Below, piece after piece: positions 33,001 through 46,000 of a DNA stretch of 64,000 nucleotides (positions are counted from its first letter, which is position 1; each line of letters begins with the position of its first letter). The DNA comes from Caecitellus pseudoparvulus (Eukaryota; Protista; Bigyra: Bicosoecida), in assembly GCA_965644315.1 (NCBI GenBank), contig CBFFRQ010000095.1, positions 62,001 through 126,000 of the forward strand. The letters are read 5' to 3'. The notes under the pieces are model-generated. The model saw only the letters and a program-made list of their open reading frames with translations. It did no database searches and was not told the origin of the DNA. The translations under genes were made by a program, and so were the position numbers.

Positions 33001-33917
33001 TCCCTGCGTCCATGCCTGACAGCGGCAGCTGCCGCGTCGCCACTTGGTTCAGGATGGCCAGCGCAATCTCAAAGACAGACAGCAGGCACTGATCTCGGAA
33101 AGACACGGCCACTCGACGGTGCTCCGTGACGCTGCGTGTGTGCACCTTGGAGTTCACTTCCTCCACCAGCTCGTTCAAGATACGCAGCCCAATGATGCAG
33201 TGCGGCATCGTCGCCTGTGCAGGCAAGGGAAGAAGCACTGGCGTTTCGTGGCGTTTCGTGTCAACGGGCGGCGGAAGGCGGCGCAGGCCGGGCTGGCGCG
33301 GGGCCCCAAGCCTCAGCACGCACCTGCAACAGCTTCTTCACTTCGTCCACCAGCTTTCTGTGCGCACCCCCTTCGTCAAACCATGCCAACTTCGTGATGC
33401 GGCACAGCAGCTTGATAAATGCTGAGATGACATACACCTCCACGTGAGGCCCCTTGTTCGCGAGAAACGTGAGCAGGTAGTCCCCTGCGTGAGGAGGAGG
33501 GGGGCGCCTAGTGCACAACGAGCTGCAGCCGCCACCCAGCCTCACATGCAGACACAGCCCATGTGCGCCAGAGCCGCGCAGCGCCACAGCGGGCCACTCA
33601 CGCAGCTCCACCCGCTGAGACACAGTGTAGGACGCCCAGAAGTCCGTGACAAGGGACGTCAGCGCATTAGCTGCAGTTTGCAGCGCGACCGCCTGCTGGC
33701 TGTGGTCCATCACTGCCCGAATCAGGGGGATGTGCTGCGTCTGCTTGCCCATGGCGGCAATTTGCTGCTGTGCAGATGCTCGCTGCTCAGCCGACACCGT
33801 GCTGCTGGTCATGGCCGCAGCCAGCTGCTCCACCAACTGCACTTGCTGCATGGTGGACGCGTCGGCAGCGGCTGCTGTCGTCATGGCAGGCATGCTGCCG
33901 CCTGTGCCGGCGGACAT
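30062..33917 (-). CDS. XPO7: Exportin-7 / RanBP16-like karyopherin
   Basis: LCRITKLAWFD, HRRVAVSFRD, LGFDFIGT...QVPTSW, YHRFCQLLGRLKANYQLSELV, SSPNGILLFRE, YVNFGVFDLY.D, QWAMTRPML, NRDRFSKHL. Two 5' introns. Confidence 0.93.
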
Positions 33918-34171
33918 GCTGACGCCTAGCGTTTCGTTGGCGTTGCGCGGCGCGGCGCATCCAACGGCAGCTCTTGCCGCAGCAATTCACAGCAGCTGCA
34001 ACAGCGAGGGCGTGTCAGCTGCCCGGATGACGTGCAGGAATCACCGTAGACGTGTGCATTTTGGGCCTGGCAGGGATGTGCGCGAGCCCCGCGAGTTGTG
34101 CCTGCCAGCCACGCCAAGCATGTTCGTGGCGCACAGACAATTGCCTGGGGAGGCCGCGGCAATCACTGGCG

Positions 34172-36478
34172 TCACCTAGGTCGCGCAGTGGCGCTCACGC
34201 CCCTGGACTGCAGGTCCATGTCGCTGGCCCCCCGCCGAATGACCGAGGAAACCCCTGCGTCCCCTCGCAGAGGCGACGCGCGTGTCGCAGTGGACGAAGC
34301 TGTGCGGGGTGCCGGCGCAGCAGGCTGACTGACAGGCGGGGGCAGTGCCGCGAAGGAGGCGCTGGAGAAGGACGGCAGGGCCAGCATGCGCGGCGTGAAG
34401 CCGCTGGCGCTCATGTCGCTGCCCACGGGGTCGTCCGCGCCGCCGTGGGGCGAGGGGCTGGCGGAGCCAGAGGAGGCGGCGCCGGTGTCCATGGAGGACA
34501 CGGGCCCCAGGACGAGGGGGGGGGCGGGCAGGGCTGCCTTGGCTGCCGCCTCGTTGCCGCCCACCTCCCCCTGCAGCATGCGCACACAGCGCTCCAGCGC
34601 CTGCTCCACAGCGCACCGTGAGAGGATGAGGGACATCTTTGGCCACGTGCGCAGCTGACCCCGCGCGAGAGCCAGGCCCAGGAAGCTCTGGCTGGGGTTG
34701 CGCAGGACGTAGGACAGTTCCCAAGGTGTCAGCTGTGTGGGGACGATGGTGATGTCTCCCGTGTACTGCTGCCACACCAGGCGCAGTGCCCGCGACACAA
34801 CTGACGGCAGAATGCCCAACCCACCAGCCAACTGGGCTGCAAAGCGGACACTGGCGCCCACGGCGTAGTACGTGCGGTGCAGGAGGCCTGTGGCAGACCA
34901 GGGCATGTCCCCCACAGGCACGTCTGACGCTGGGATGAAGGGGGCCGCCCACGGGTTGATTTGGCTGACGATGGTGTGGTTCACGTTGAACAGCTCCCCC
35001 AGGCGCTGCGCTGGCAGGTCGCCGCCCAGGGAGCCGTCAATCCACTGCGTCCGCGTCATGTGGTAGGGCCTGCACTGCCCTGAGGAGGTCTTGGTCCACA
35101 GCTCCACCGGTTCGAAGACGAAGGGAATGGAGCAGGAGGCCAGGACGGCCGTCCAAATGATGACGTTGGGCGCCGTGAGGTAGTTCAGCAAGTGCCCTGC
35201 CTCATCGCCGCCATTCGTGACGGCACCACTGGACGTGACTGTGATGTTCAAGATGCGGTGCGTTTTCCGGTATGCCTCCAGGAACGTCAAGTCCCCGATG
35301 TTGGCGCGCAGAAACCGACCCAGCACGCGGATGTCGTAAAGCACGCCCTTCGTGAACAGCCGCGTCAGCTTCCGACGCACGCTGCCCGTGGACAGCGTTT
35401 CAAAGGGCTGCAACTGCACCGCAGGCAGGTTTCCCTCTGCGTCCACCGTCAGCATGGTGCGCAGTTCGGCGTCCGTCTTCGTTCCGGCGAAGGCGGCCAC
35501 GACGGCGCCGCCAGAGGAACCCGAAATGACTCGCGGCAGCACCCCCGCGTCCAGCAGAGCCCGAATCACACCAATGTGGAAAAAGGCCAGACTGCCTCCC
35601 CCGCTCAACATCAGTGCCGTGCGGCCAAACGCATGCCGTGTCTCCCGGAAGAACAGCAGCTTCTCAGCAGGGGACAGGGCCGGGCGAGTGTCTTGCTTGG
35701 CCAGGAACAACAGCTGGTTGAGCACTTCGTCCACATAGTCCTCGATGAGACCCTTCGTGCCGCAGAAGGTGTGCTCGTACAACGTCGGGTTGCCCAGGCC
35801 AGCCAAGTTGCGGTGCAAGCCTGAGCGAAGCGTGTGGGTCATGCGCTCCAGCGCCCGCCCTCGCTCTGCTTGGGACCTGGCGCGGGTCACTGAAATGCGG
35901 ATCTGCTTCAACTTCCGCAGACGAGCGGTAAGCGTCGCGTGGTCGTAGTGCGGGCTCACGGGGTCGCTGGCCCACTGCTCTGCGCCGGCGGCCCTGTCCA
36001 GAGTTTCCGCGGCGTTTCGCCACTCATCATACGTGGCAGCGCTGCCCAGCACTTTTCGAGCTTGCAGCACGTGAACAGGGGTCAGGGGGTGGGATGCCTG
36101 CATGCACAAGTCCCATATTCCTGCGAAGAACGCCACAAGCAGTGCCCAAACACGCTCCAGGGCCTGGCAACTGCGCACCAAGGCGACGTCCCAAGCGTCG
36201 CCTGCAACTGCCGAAGGCGTGCGGCCTGGCGCCGCCTGCTCTGGCGTGCCAGGCAAAGGCGCTGCCAGAGAAGTCAACGCATTGATATCCTTCTCGCTGA
36301 ATGCTGCTCTCAAATCCACACTGCTGCTGCTGGCGACTCGTGTCGGAGTCGTGCGGGATGGGCTGGGCTGGTGCTTGCCTGGCGTTGCTCCCACGCCCAG
36401 CACTTCAGTCCCAGCGGCGAGCAGCTCCCCGGCGATGCCACTGACGCCCTGCACTGATGGCACGGCAACGCCTTGCAT
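34172..36478 (-). CDS. Patatin-like triacylglycerol lipase (SDP1/TGL3-4-5 family)
   Basis: N-terminal family domain (YDEWRNAA..LD...W...YD, GTKGLIEDY), then FGRTALMLSGGG, ISGSSGG (catalytic Ser), WIDGS (catalytic Asp), FNVNHTIVSQINP. Likely start at MQGVAV. Confidence 0.9.
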   Translation of the reverse strand: MQGVAVPSVQGVSGIAGELLAAGTEVLGVGATPGKHQPSPSRTTPTRVASSSSVDLRAAFSEKDINALTSLAAPLPGTPEQAAPGRTPSAVAGDAWDVALVRSCQALERVWALLVAFFAGIWDLCMQASHPLTPVHVLQARKVLGSAATYDEWRNAAETLDRAAGAEQWASDPVSPHYDHATLTARLRKLKQIRISVTRARSQAERGRALERMTHTLRSGLHRNLAGLGNPTLYEHTFCGTKGLIEDYVDEVLNQLLFLAKQDTRPALSPAEKLLFFRETRHAFGRTALMLSGGGSLAFFHIGVIRALLDAGVLPRVISGSSGGAVVAAFAGTKTDAELRTMLTVDAEGNLPAVQLQPFETLSTGSVRRKLTRLFTKGVLYDIRVLGRFLRANIGDLTFLEAYRKTHRILNITVTSSGAVTNGGDEAGHLLNYLTAPNVIIWTAVLASCSIPFVFEPVELWTKTSSGQCRPYHMTRTQWIDGSLGGDLPAQRLGELFNVNHTIVSQINPWAAPFIPASDVPVGDMPWSATGLLHRTYYAVGASVRFAAQLAGGLGILPSVVSRALRLVWQQYTGDITIVPTQLTPWELSYVLRNPSQSFLGLALARGQLRTWPKMSLILSRCAVEQALERCVRMLQGEVGGNEAAAKAALPAPPLVLGPVSSMDTGAASSGSASPSPHGGADDPVGSDMSASGFTPRMLALPSFSSASFAALPPPVSQPAAPAPRTASSTATRASPLRGDAGVSSVIRRGASDMDLQSRGVSATARPR

Positions 36479-37015
36479 GGTTGCGTCCTGCCCGTGCCAC
36501 CGCCCGCTCAGTGGCGTGGCCTGCCCAGGCACAGTCCAGGATGCAGCGCTGCCCAGCACTGCACAGAAGCTTGAACCGGCTATGCCCGCCTGGAAACGTT
36601 TGCAGAAACTTTTTTGACTGCCCCGTGTTTGCACGCGCGCAAGGTTAGTCATTTCGTTTTGGCCCGGCCTGCGTAGTCGCGCAGAGGCACGTCCAGCGCA
36701 AACACCTCCCACACACGCAGCCACCTTCACCCCAATGCCAAAACTGCGTGGAAAGAAAATTTGCAGAAAGCGCACTTGCTCCACCCGATCCTCTTGCACT
36801 CCAGAGCCGCGAAACCACGGTGCCAGAGCCTGGAGTACACTTGCGTGGCGAGGCGTGCTCTACTAAGTGCTCGAGGTCGCCTTCACAAGCTCACGCCACA
36901 GCTACGTAACTTCGCGAGTCCTTCCAGTTGTGCCACGTGGCTCTAGGTTTGGTGTTAGGGCTGGTCATCGTTCCTGTGGTCTGACGGCAAGTGGGGCAGC
37001 CTGCCCGGCGCAACG

Positions 37016-40000
37016 ATGCGCGCTGGCTGCGAAGTGCAGATACGCGATGCCACACAAAGAATGGAATGGCGCACTGCGCCAGCCTCACTCAGCGTGCAGC
37101 TGTCTAGAGCCAACACAGCGCTGGGCCTGCATGTTGGGTCGCCGAGGCTGCTCCTTCCATTGGTTCTTGTCACAGCATGGCTGAGCAGTGCTGGCGGATT
37201 TCTCCACAGGCTGGGCGAGCGAAACGCAACCTCGCCTGATGGCTTCACCCTTCCCCCTGCTGGGCAAGACGCCTTCCCACTGAACCTGCAGATTGGCAGC
37301 ACCGGCACTGGTTCTCCAGTCATGCTTACGGGGCACAGCTTCCACCACTTGCCGCGCCTGCTGCAGTGGCACTGGTCTGTGAATGTCACTGGCGTGCCAG
37401 CCGAGTGCCAGGCTGCTGGCTCACACGAACCGGGCGAGCCGGGTGTGCGCCCCCACTCCCTCACGTGGCGCGCGCACCTGCCGGGCTGCAACATGCGCCA
37501 CTCTGCTGTCTGGTGGCATGTGTCTGCTCTGGAGTGGCAGGATGTTTCTCTCGTCGAGGCGTGGCACGACGCCGGCCCGTCTACCTTCGGCAGGCCGCCC
37601 AACACCACGGCAGAGCCTGCTCTACGCAGCTGGCTGCTGGGGCAGCTCACGAACAGCACGCACACGCTGCCGCCGGGCTTGGATGCGTCACTGGCGCTGG
37701 GCGGCGCCTTGCCTCACCCAGCCAACCTTGCGCTGCGACTGGAGGTGGTGTTCCCCACCTCCCCCTCCTTGCACCCAGATGTCTTCTGCACCCTGTACCG
37801 GTGGGGTGGCAAGTCGTGGCTGAATGCGTCCACCCTTTGCACTGGTCTGCAGCAGCAACATCCATACCAGTACCGCTCCCCGCGACACTCCGGCTTGGCA
37901 GAGGACCGGAATCGCACGTGGCAGTCGGGGTGGACATCGCCCACCACGCCCACACGGCTGCTGGTGTCGGTGGCACGGGAAACGCTTGCCGTGTTTGGCG
38001 CGAGGCCCAACCTGCTCCACGCCAGCGTGATCACTGGGGGAGAACTGCAGTCGTCGTGGGCGGCAGAGGTTCTCCCGGTGCCTGCCACGCCCAGTGCCCA
38101 AGTGGTGCTGCCTGGGTTGCCTGCCACGGTGCCGCTGCCGCCCACCGCGCCTGTCTCGGCAGCTGCTGCTGTGGACCGCACAGTGTGGGGGTGCCGCAAA
38201 CGGGTTGCTCGGCTGATGGACCCGGGCACTGCTGGGTACGATGTTAACTGTGTCCTTTTCCGGCATGGCTCTGTGAAGTGCTGGGGAGCTGGTGACTTTG
38301 GCGCCTTGGGACAAGCCTCGGTGACTCCGATCGGGAACGTAGAGCCCCCCTCCAGTGTGCCCGAGCTCACCTTCCAGCTGCCAGCTCTGGACGTAAGCGT
38401 GGGAAGGGACACAGTCTGTGCGCTGCTCTTGGGGGGGCGACTGCATTGCTGGGGGCGAGTGACCACAGCGATCTTGAACCTTGGCTCCCCTGGCACGACC
38501 CAGGCCAACCCAGGGGTGGGAGACGACGAAATGGCAACCTCCTGGCCCATGGTGGACACAGGGGATCGCCGATTCTGGGCAGTGTCCGTGGGTGTGTATG
38601 TCGCGTGTGCGCTGGAGGTGAACATGACAGGCAACAACGTGCACTGCTGGGGGGCAAACTCACGCTACCAACTGGGCCTCGTAGGGGCCAGCTCCAGCAC
38701 CCGCATTGGTGATGCAGACGGCCTGCTACAGGACTACCCGGCAGTAGACTTGAACGGTACCGCTGCGAAGCAAGTGGCTGTCAACGAGCACGTTGTCTGT
38801 GCGGTGCGTGTGGACGGCTCGTTGGTGTGCTGGGGCAACAACGAGTACGGAGGCACAGGCGCAGGCGGTGGGCAAGGAATCGTGGGTCGGTACCAGCCAC
38901 CGTACATCAACGGCACTGTGGACTTGGGAAACCTCTCCACCTCTGTGGCTTCCGTTGCATTGGCCCTAACTTTCACGTGTGTGCAGTACACGTTTGGGGG
39001 CATCATGTGCTGGGGCTACGCATACCAGGGAGGAAACCTTGGGTGGGCTTTTCCGGCTAACACAGTGTACGGGCTGCACGAAACGCCTGCTCAGCTACCA
39101 GCCTTTGGCGGCTACCCAGTGATGTTTCGTGGCGAGCCTGTCACTGGCCTGTCCTTGGCGTTAAATGCTGCGTGCGCGCTGATGCGCAGCGGGCAAGTGC
39201 GGTGCTGGGGCGACGACGAAGAGTCAGGTACACTCTCTGAGCAGTCCACCTCCAGCTCCTTTGTCTCCCCCTGGGGCGTCATGCCTGCGGTGCTGCCAGC
39301 TCCAGCCATTTCCCTGTCGGCTGCTGGCGACCACATGTGTGCCATCCTAGTCACTGGTGCTGTTGCTTGTTGGGGCAGCAATCGTGAGGGAGCCGTCGGG
39401 ACGCCTGAGTTCTCCATCGTTCACTCTGCATCTCAGGCGTTGAGCCACCTTTCTATTTCTGAGCACCACGACGTTTGCGCGGCCACTTGCACTGCCGATG
39501 CCACTGGTGTGCTGCTGAGCTGCATCGCACCAACCTCGGGGGAGGGAGTGACGGCTGGGGCAGACCTTCGCCCTGCCCCCCCTGTGCAGCAGCGAATGGC
39601 AGGGCAGACGCAGGGCATCGTCGCACTGACTGCAGGTGGGACCAACGTGTGCGCCCTGGACTTCAGGGGCAAGGCAATCTGCTGGGGGCGCAACCAAGCC
39701 ATGCAGCTGAGCGCTGGAAGAAAGTCAGTCGTGGGTGCCCAAGAGCACGCTTTCCACGCAGGCATGGGCGGCTGGGGCGAGAAACTTGCCATGATTGCAC
39801 CGCAGGTCGGCGAAGTAATTTGCGCCGTCACAGTGCATGGCCGAGCCAGGTGTGCGGGCACGGGAGATCGCAGTGGGTACAACCACACGTTTTTGTATGA
39901 GACGATTCCTGAAGCATTCAACAGAGTCCGACATGTTGGGGATCCTGGGTACGGCACTGAGATTCTGGGCGATATTGAGCTTCCTGAGCGAGTGAACCAC

Positions 40001-43000
40001 ATCAGCATGGCGGGGCTGGTCGTGTGTGCAACGTCAGTGTCCGGGAATGTGTACTGTTGGGGCAGGAATCACGAAGGCATGTTGGGCAAGAAGCAATTCC
40101 CTGCCGTCACCTCTTTCCGGATGCCCCGTCATGCCAGCTGGGTGGATGTTGGCCCTGTGAACCTGACCGGGCTGGCCATGTCCACGGAGTGTGGAGAGTT
40201 TTTCTGTTGTGCCCTCCTCCGGGATGGGGACTTCAACTGCTGGGGAAACATCGACTATGTTGCGCACTTCTTCCCGACGAGCAACTACCCCGCTTCCATC
40301 GGCCATGAGACGCTTCCGGATGCCGGCCTGGATCCGGCAGATGTGCCGCCTTTGCACCTTGGAGGACCCTATGTAGCCCTCTCGGTGGGGGATTCATTCA
40401 TGTGTGCTGTGCACCACAGTGGGCGCATTCGGTGCATGGGGACAACAGGGCACAACGAGCTGCCACTCCAGGATGGGTACCCGAGCGGGAAGAACGACCT
40501 GTTCGGGGACGTCCCATTTGTACTTGGCATGGACAACATCGTGCAGATGGCCTTTGCCAATGATCATGTGTGTGCCGTGAACACTGCTGGCGAAGTGCGG
40601 TGCTGGGGCAAGGGCGCACATGGTGTTCTTGGTAGAGGCAGCACGGACCGCTCCACCGCTGGCGTGCTGATGAACGAGACGAGCCCCATCGACCTGGACG
40701 GGCGCAGCGCAAGTGCCGTGGCTGTGGCTGAGCACTCCTCCTGTGCTCTCCTCACTGGCTTCGATGTTGCCTGCTGGGGCTTTGGTGGATATGGTGCTGC
40801 GGGCTTCGGCAATGGCGAGAACGTCGGGGATGTCGGCGTGCCAGGTCGTGTGTCCGCGGGCTACCTTCCCTCACTCGCGTGGCTGCCTGCCGGTAGTGTT
40901 TTTCGGGGCGTAACCCGAGACTTCTTCCTGGAAGCTGGCACGCCGGAATCAGGCTCCTTCTCCCTCTTTGCTTGTGAGGCGTGCGATGTCAGTCGGCTGC
41001 ATGCGCTGCCTTCGTTCGTCGGTGACGTCATGCTGTACACTGCCGACCTCGGCATGCCTGAGCCCCCGCTCGTTGCTGGATTGGCGTGCTCCATCCTTGA
41101 CTTTCCAATGGGCGACCTCCACCACGACTGGTCGGGTACTTGCACGTGGCCAGAGACGTGGAATGCTGAACCGGGGACGGCACTGCTGGAGGTGGTGAGC
41201 TGGACCGCCGCAGGAACGTCCTCTGGCCTGCCCAGTCCCGTCGGAGGGCAAAGCCTGGAACTGCAGGGGTCTTTTTGGGCGATGCAGTTCTTTTCCGTGG
41301 GGCAGAACAAGGTGTTTGTTGGGAACGACTCCTGCAGCGCCTTGTTCGTCCAGGCGGGCGGCACCGTCGCGCGCTGCACTATGGGGCAGCTGACATCCCT
41401 GCACTCTACCCGTCAACCCCTCTTTCTGCACCACTCCATCCCAGGCATCCCCTCTCCTTGGCTCGCACCGATGCAGGTAGTCTTCGCCCCACCATTCGTC
41501 ACGGCAGTGACGCCTCTTGTCGGCATTCCCATCGCAGGCGCGTCCATCGTCGTGCAGGGGCAGAACTTTGGTGTACCGCAGTGTCCAGAGCCACACCAGC
41601 ACCTGCCAAACTGTTCGACGCCTTTCTTGCAGGTACTCATCGATAGCGCTGCGGGCGCTTGCACCAACGTGCGGCACGTATCCGACGCATACGTCAGCTG
41701 CGACCTGGGGCCCAGCTTGAATCTCACACAGACTGTGCAGGTTGTGTCTCGCGACGAGACCTCCCCGCCCGTGTCTGTGAGTCGTAGCCAAGCTTCCTTG
41801 GCGAGCGTCGATCCCCCCATCGTGTACAAGACCCCTGCAGGTGCCTCAAGGCAGCTGCAACCCCTCCTTGTGCATGGCGCAAACCTGGGGCTGGCAGCAG
41901 GCGACATTTCCATAACCGTCGCGGGGATTCCTTGCGGGGGCGTGGAGTGGCACAGCCCCGAGAATGTTTCGTGCACTGAGCTGGACACGGCCCTCTTATC
42001 GGCTGCCGGTGGGCAAGCGGAGGTCTCCGTTTCGGTTCGCGGCAGCCATGGAAACGTCGCTACACTGGGGGGTGCTGTGCGAGTCTTCGGCACACCGTTG
42101 CTCTTTGCTGCACAGCCCATGCCGGTCAGCATGGACGGGGGGCTCGTGACGCTGGAAGGTGTGCAGCTGGGGCTGGCCGGCGGTCAGGGCGGGCGTGGAC
42201 AGGCAGGGGACATCGTGAACGTCACTGTGGGCAGCCTGCCCCGACTGTGCCTCAATGTGTCTGCCAGTGAGTCCTCCCTCACGTGCACTGTGCCTCCCGG
42301 AGAGTGGCCCTTGAGCCCCATCGTCATCCACCGCCACTTGGGCCTGACTGCAAGCATGTCCAGCAGCATTCTGCGACGCCGCGCTGCAGATGTTTCCGCT
42401 GCCCACCCGCCCTACGTCCTGTTCCCGCCCACACCATCGGCCAGCTCAGCTGTTGTGAACGTCACCCTTCGCGGCTCGGGCTTTGCCCCCGCCTCGGGCG
42501 TGCAGTCGGCATCGTCGCTGCAGGCGACCGTCGGCAGCGCGGCCTGCGCGTCAGTGGTGGCTGTGTCCCCAGTAGAGCTCCTCTGCACTGGGTTGAACGT
42601 GTCCACCTTGCCCGTGGACAGCTCAGCTGCCGTGTCAGTCACCATCGCTGGCCAGGCAGCAACGAGCAACGCAAGCGTGCGGGTGTTTGGCGCGCCCAGC
42701 GTGGAGTCCATTCTGCCCTCCGCTGTGCCGGGGGCAGGCAGCGTGGCCATTGAAATCGTCGGGTCCAATTTCGGACAGTTGGATGGCGACGTTCTCGGCG
42801 TCGATGTGGGGGGCGCTGCCTGCACAGCACCAGTCGTTCTGTCGGAGGCCCGCCTTGCCTGCACCGTGCCCAGCTTCAAGGCCAGCGGTGAAGTGCTGTC
42901 CCCGGCTGTTTCTGTCCGCTTCGCATCGGGGGCCGTTGCGCACGCTGCGCCGCAGTCCTTGCTGTACAGCTTGCCGGAGCTGTACGTCGTCACCCCTGCC

Positions 43001-46000
43001 GTGACCCTGCGAAGCCCCCCTGGTTCGCCCCGCAGGTACAACGTGACTGTCACAGGCGCCGCCCTGTTCAACCCCAACTTGCCACTGGGCAATGCCAGCA
43101 TGTGGATGGCAGGATCTGGCTGTCAGGAGGGGGGCGGTGCCCTGCACTTTGCCCTGGATGGCAGGTCTGCCACCTGCGTCGGCTTGCTGGCATCCAAGTT
43201 GCCGCAGTCCACAGATGGCGGGAACGGTGCCTTTGTGCGTGTGCGCACAAACGAGGACTTGGAGGCGAGCTCCCAGCTTGGCACGTTCCGCGTGATGGCC
43301 CAGCCAGCCATTACTGGGCTGCAGCCTTCTGTAGCTCGTGCTGGCGCGGCTGTGGCTGTTGTGGGCCAGAACTTCGGGTGGGTACAGCAGGACATCGCGG
43401 CTGTGCGCGTCGGCAGCGTGCCTGTGTCTTCCTTCACACGGACTGGGCCGGGCGGCATCTCCTTCATCTTGCCCCCCCCTCGATCCCCCAGCAATGAAGA
43501 CACCACGAACTTGCAGGTGGTGGTGGACATGGTCAGCGGGTGGTCGGCTGGGGGAGGGGGCGGCGCAGCCTCCACCTTCCGGTACGAGCGGGACCCCCTG
43601 CCTCCTCTGACGCCTGTCCGAGACGTCTGCGCGTACCGCGACCCAGCTGACGGCGGCGTCACACGCGTCGAGTTTTCCTGGCAAGATGACAGCATCACGC
43701 AGGTGTTCCCCGTCGCGCAGTGGCTGGTGCGCTTCAGCACGCAGCCGTGGCAATTTGGCGAGGATGCTCAAGTGCGGGCCACGGTGAACGTCGCCTCTGA
43801 AGACTTGCAGCTCGTGTCAGTGCGCCACCCGCTGTGCAACCTGCCCCCCGCCCCTGCCCCGCGGCGTGCGCAAGGCACTGGGCCCTCCGCTGCACAGCGC
43901 ATTTCCATTCGAGTGCTGAACGTCCCCGAGCAGCCCGTGTGGCTGCAAGTCATCCCTGTCACGGACCGGCAGCGTGTGCAGGCGTCGAGTGGCCCTGCCT
44001 CCCAAACTGTGGGGCCAGTCTTCAGCTCTTGCCGAGACGATGAGTTCCTCGCCACCCAGCATGCTGCAGCGGGAGCATGGGAGCGAGCCGTGTGTGAACC
44101 CTGTCCGGACGGGGGTGTCTGTGATGGACACCCGTGGGAAGCCCTCACGAACCGTGCAGGCTTCTTCCGCTTGCCGTGGAGTGAACATGGGCTGGAGTTC
44201 AAGCAGTGCCTCCTGCCATCAGCATGCAAGTCCCTGGGGGTGTCAGTGGATGTCTCGGATCTCGACTATGTGTGGGGGCCGAACCATTCCACCTGGACAC
44301 AGCACCCAGTGCTCATGAACTTCACGGTGGAGCAGGGCCCCCACGGCGCGTTCGGCTTGCCTGCCGCCTTCGCATCCGTAACGGCGCGTGCGGGGGACAC
44401 CACAGTGGTCCCTCGTACCGCCAGCAGCCCTGCTTTGGTCTTGTCCACTGCTGAGGCAGCTATGCGGGCTTCCCCCCAGTGCCGAGCCGGGCACACAGGC
44501 GTGCTGTGCGGAAAGTGCATCATCGGGTACTCCCGCACGGCCAGCGGGGAGTGCGCCACCTGTGGCAGCCAAGCACAGGCCCTGACCCTCATGTCCATAG
44601 CTTTGCTGGCCTCCTTTGCCGTGGTCGCGTGGCTGGTGCGAGGCCAGGTCATCAGCACCAACCGCCTCAAGAAGCCCCACAGCATCTTGAAGAAGATCCT
44701 CGTGAACCACCTGCAGCAAACGGCGCTGATGCTGAACTTCGACCTGTCGTGGCCTGACCCTCTGAAGGGCTCCCTGGCGACAGCCGACACAGCCAGCTCT
44801 GCGGGGCAGGAGCTGGCGTCCCCGGACTGCTTCCGGGCCCATGAAATCCCCAACGCCCCTGGCTCCGCCTTCCGCATCACACTGCTGCTGACCTTTGTCG
44901 TTCCCCTTGCCTTCATCGCGGTGTTCTTCACCGTGTTCCTGGTCATGCATGCCCGCTGTGGCGTGTCTCGCAGGGAAACCACCCGCAGGATGGTCATTTG
45001 CTTGCTAGTCGTGACGTTCCTCTTCTACACGCCCATCACCCGCAGCGTCATGCAGGCGTTTTCCTGTGTGAACGTGGGGGGGCAGCTTCGGCTGCAGAAT
45101 GACTTGGACGTGGTCTGCGATGGCTCGGGCAACCTTGCTTGGACGCTGGGCTACGGTTTGCCACTGCTGTTGCTGTTTGTCCTGGGAGTGCCTGTCCTGG
45201 TCGCGGCTGTCCTGGTGCGTTTCCGCGACCGGCTGTGGAGCGACGAGTACGTCAAGTCCATGTTTGCTCTGCTGTTCCTGGGCTACAAACCTGCCTTCTA
45301 CTGGTACGAGGTGGTCATCATGGCGCGCAAGGCGCTGTTTGCGACAGCCCTCGTATTTCTTGGCCCGCAGGGTTTGCTGTATCAAGTGTCTGTGGCGGTG
45401 TTGGTCTTGCTGGCTGCCCTCGTCGTGGGCATGCACACTGCGCCCTTCCAAGTGCACATTTACAACACGCTGGACGAGGCCTCCATCGTCCTCTCCGTGT
45501 TCACCCTGGCTGGTGGCATTGCGCTCATCAGGTCAGCTGGTGTGGGCGAGCCCACAGAGGTGCCGGAAGGCAGTGTCTTCCAGGTGCTCGTGACCCTCAC
45601 CCTGACCATTGTGAACATTGCCTTTGTGATGTTCCTTTTTGGATGGGCCATGTTGTCCTGGTACCAAGCTGAAGTGGCCCCACGCCTGCCCAAGCGCCCC
45701 AGCATCCTGCCTCGCCGCCTCTCGAAGCTGACCGGCACCCCTCCCAAGCCAAGTGTGGCTGACCAGGGGGATGCTGGGCCCATGCACAGCAACCCACTGC
45801 ATGCTGTCAGGGTCGCTAGGCAGGTGAAGGTCGTGGAAGGTGAGCCTGTCCCGTGGAAAGCCGCCCGCAGGCGTGCGTCGGTGTCTCGGGAAGCCAGGCC
45901 GGCAGGGCGGAACGGGGGGGGGTCCTCTGCCACGCCCGGCAGTGTGTCCACTGTGGAGAACCCCATGCTGCGACGCAGCCCCAGAGCGAAGCAAGCTGTC

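Noticed and set aside
36479-36799. N-terminal extension of the 875-aa lipase ORF
   Set aside because: Composition looks like promoter or UTR sequence. The ATG at 36478 is the more plausible start.
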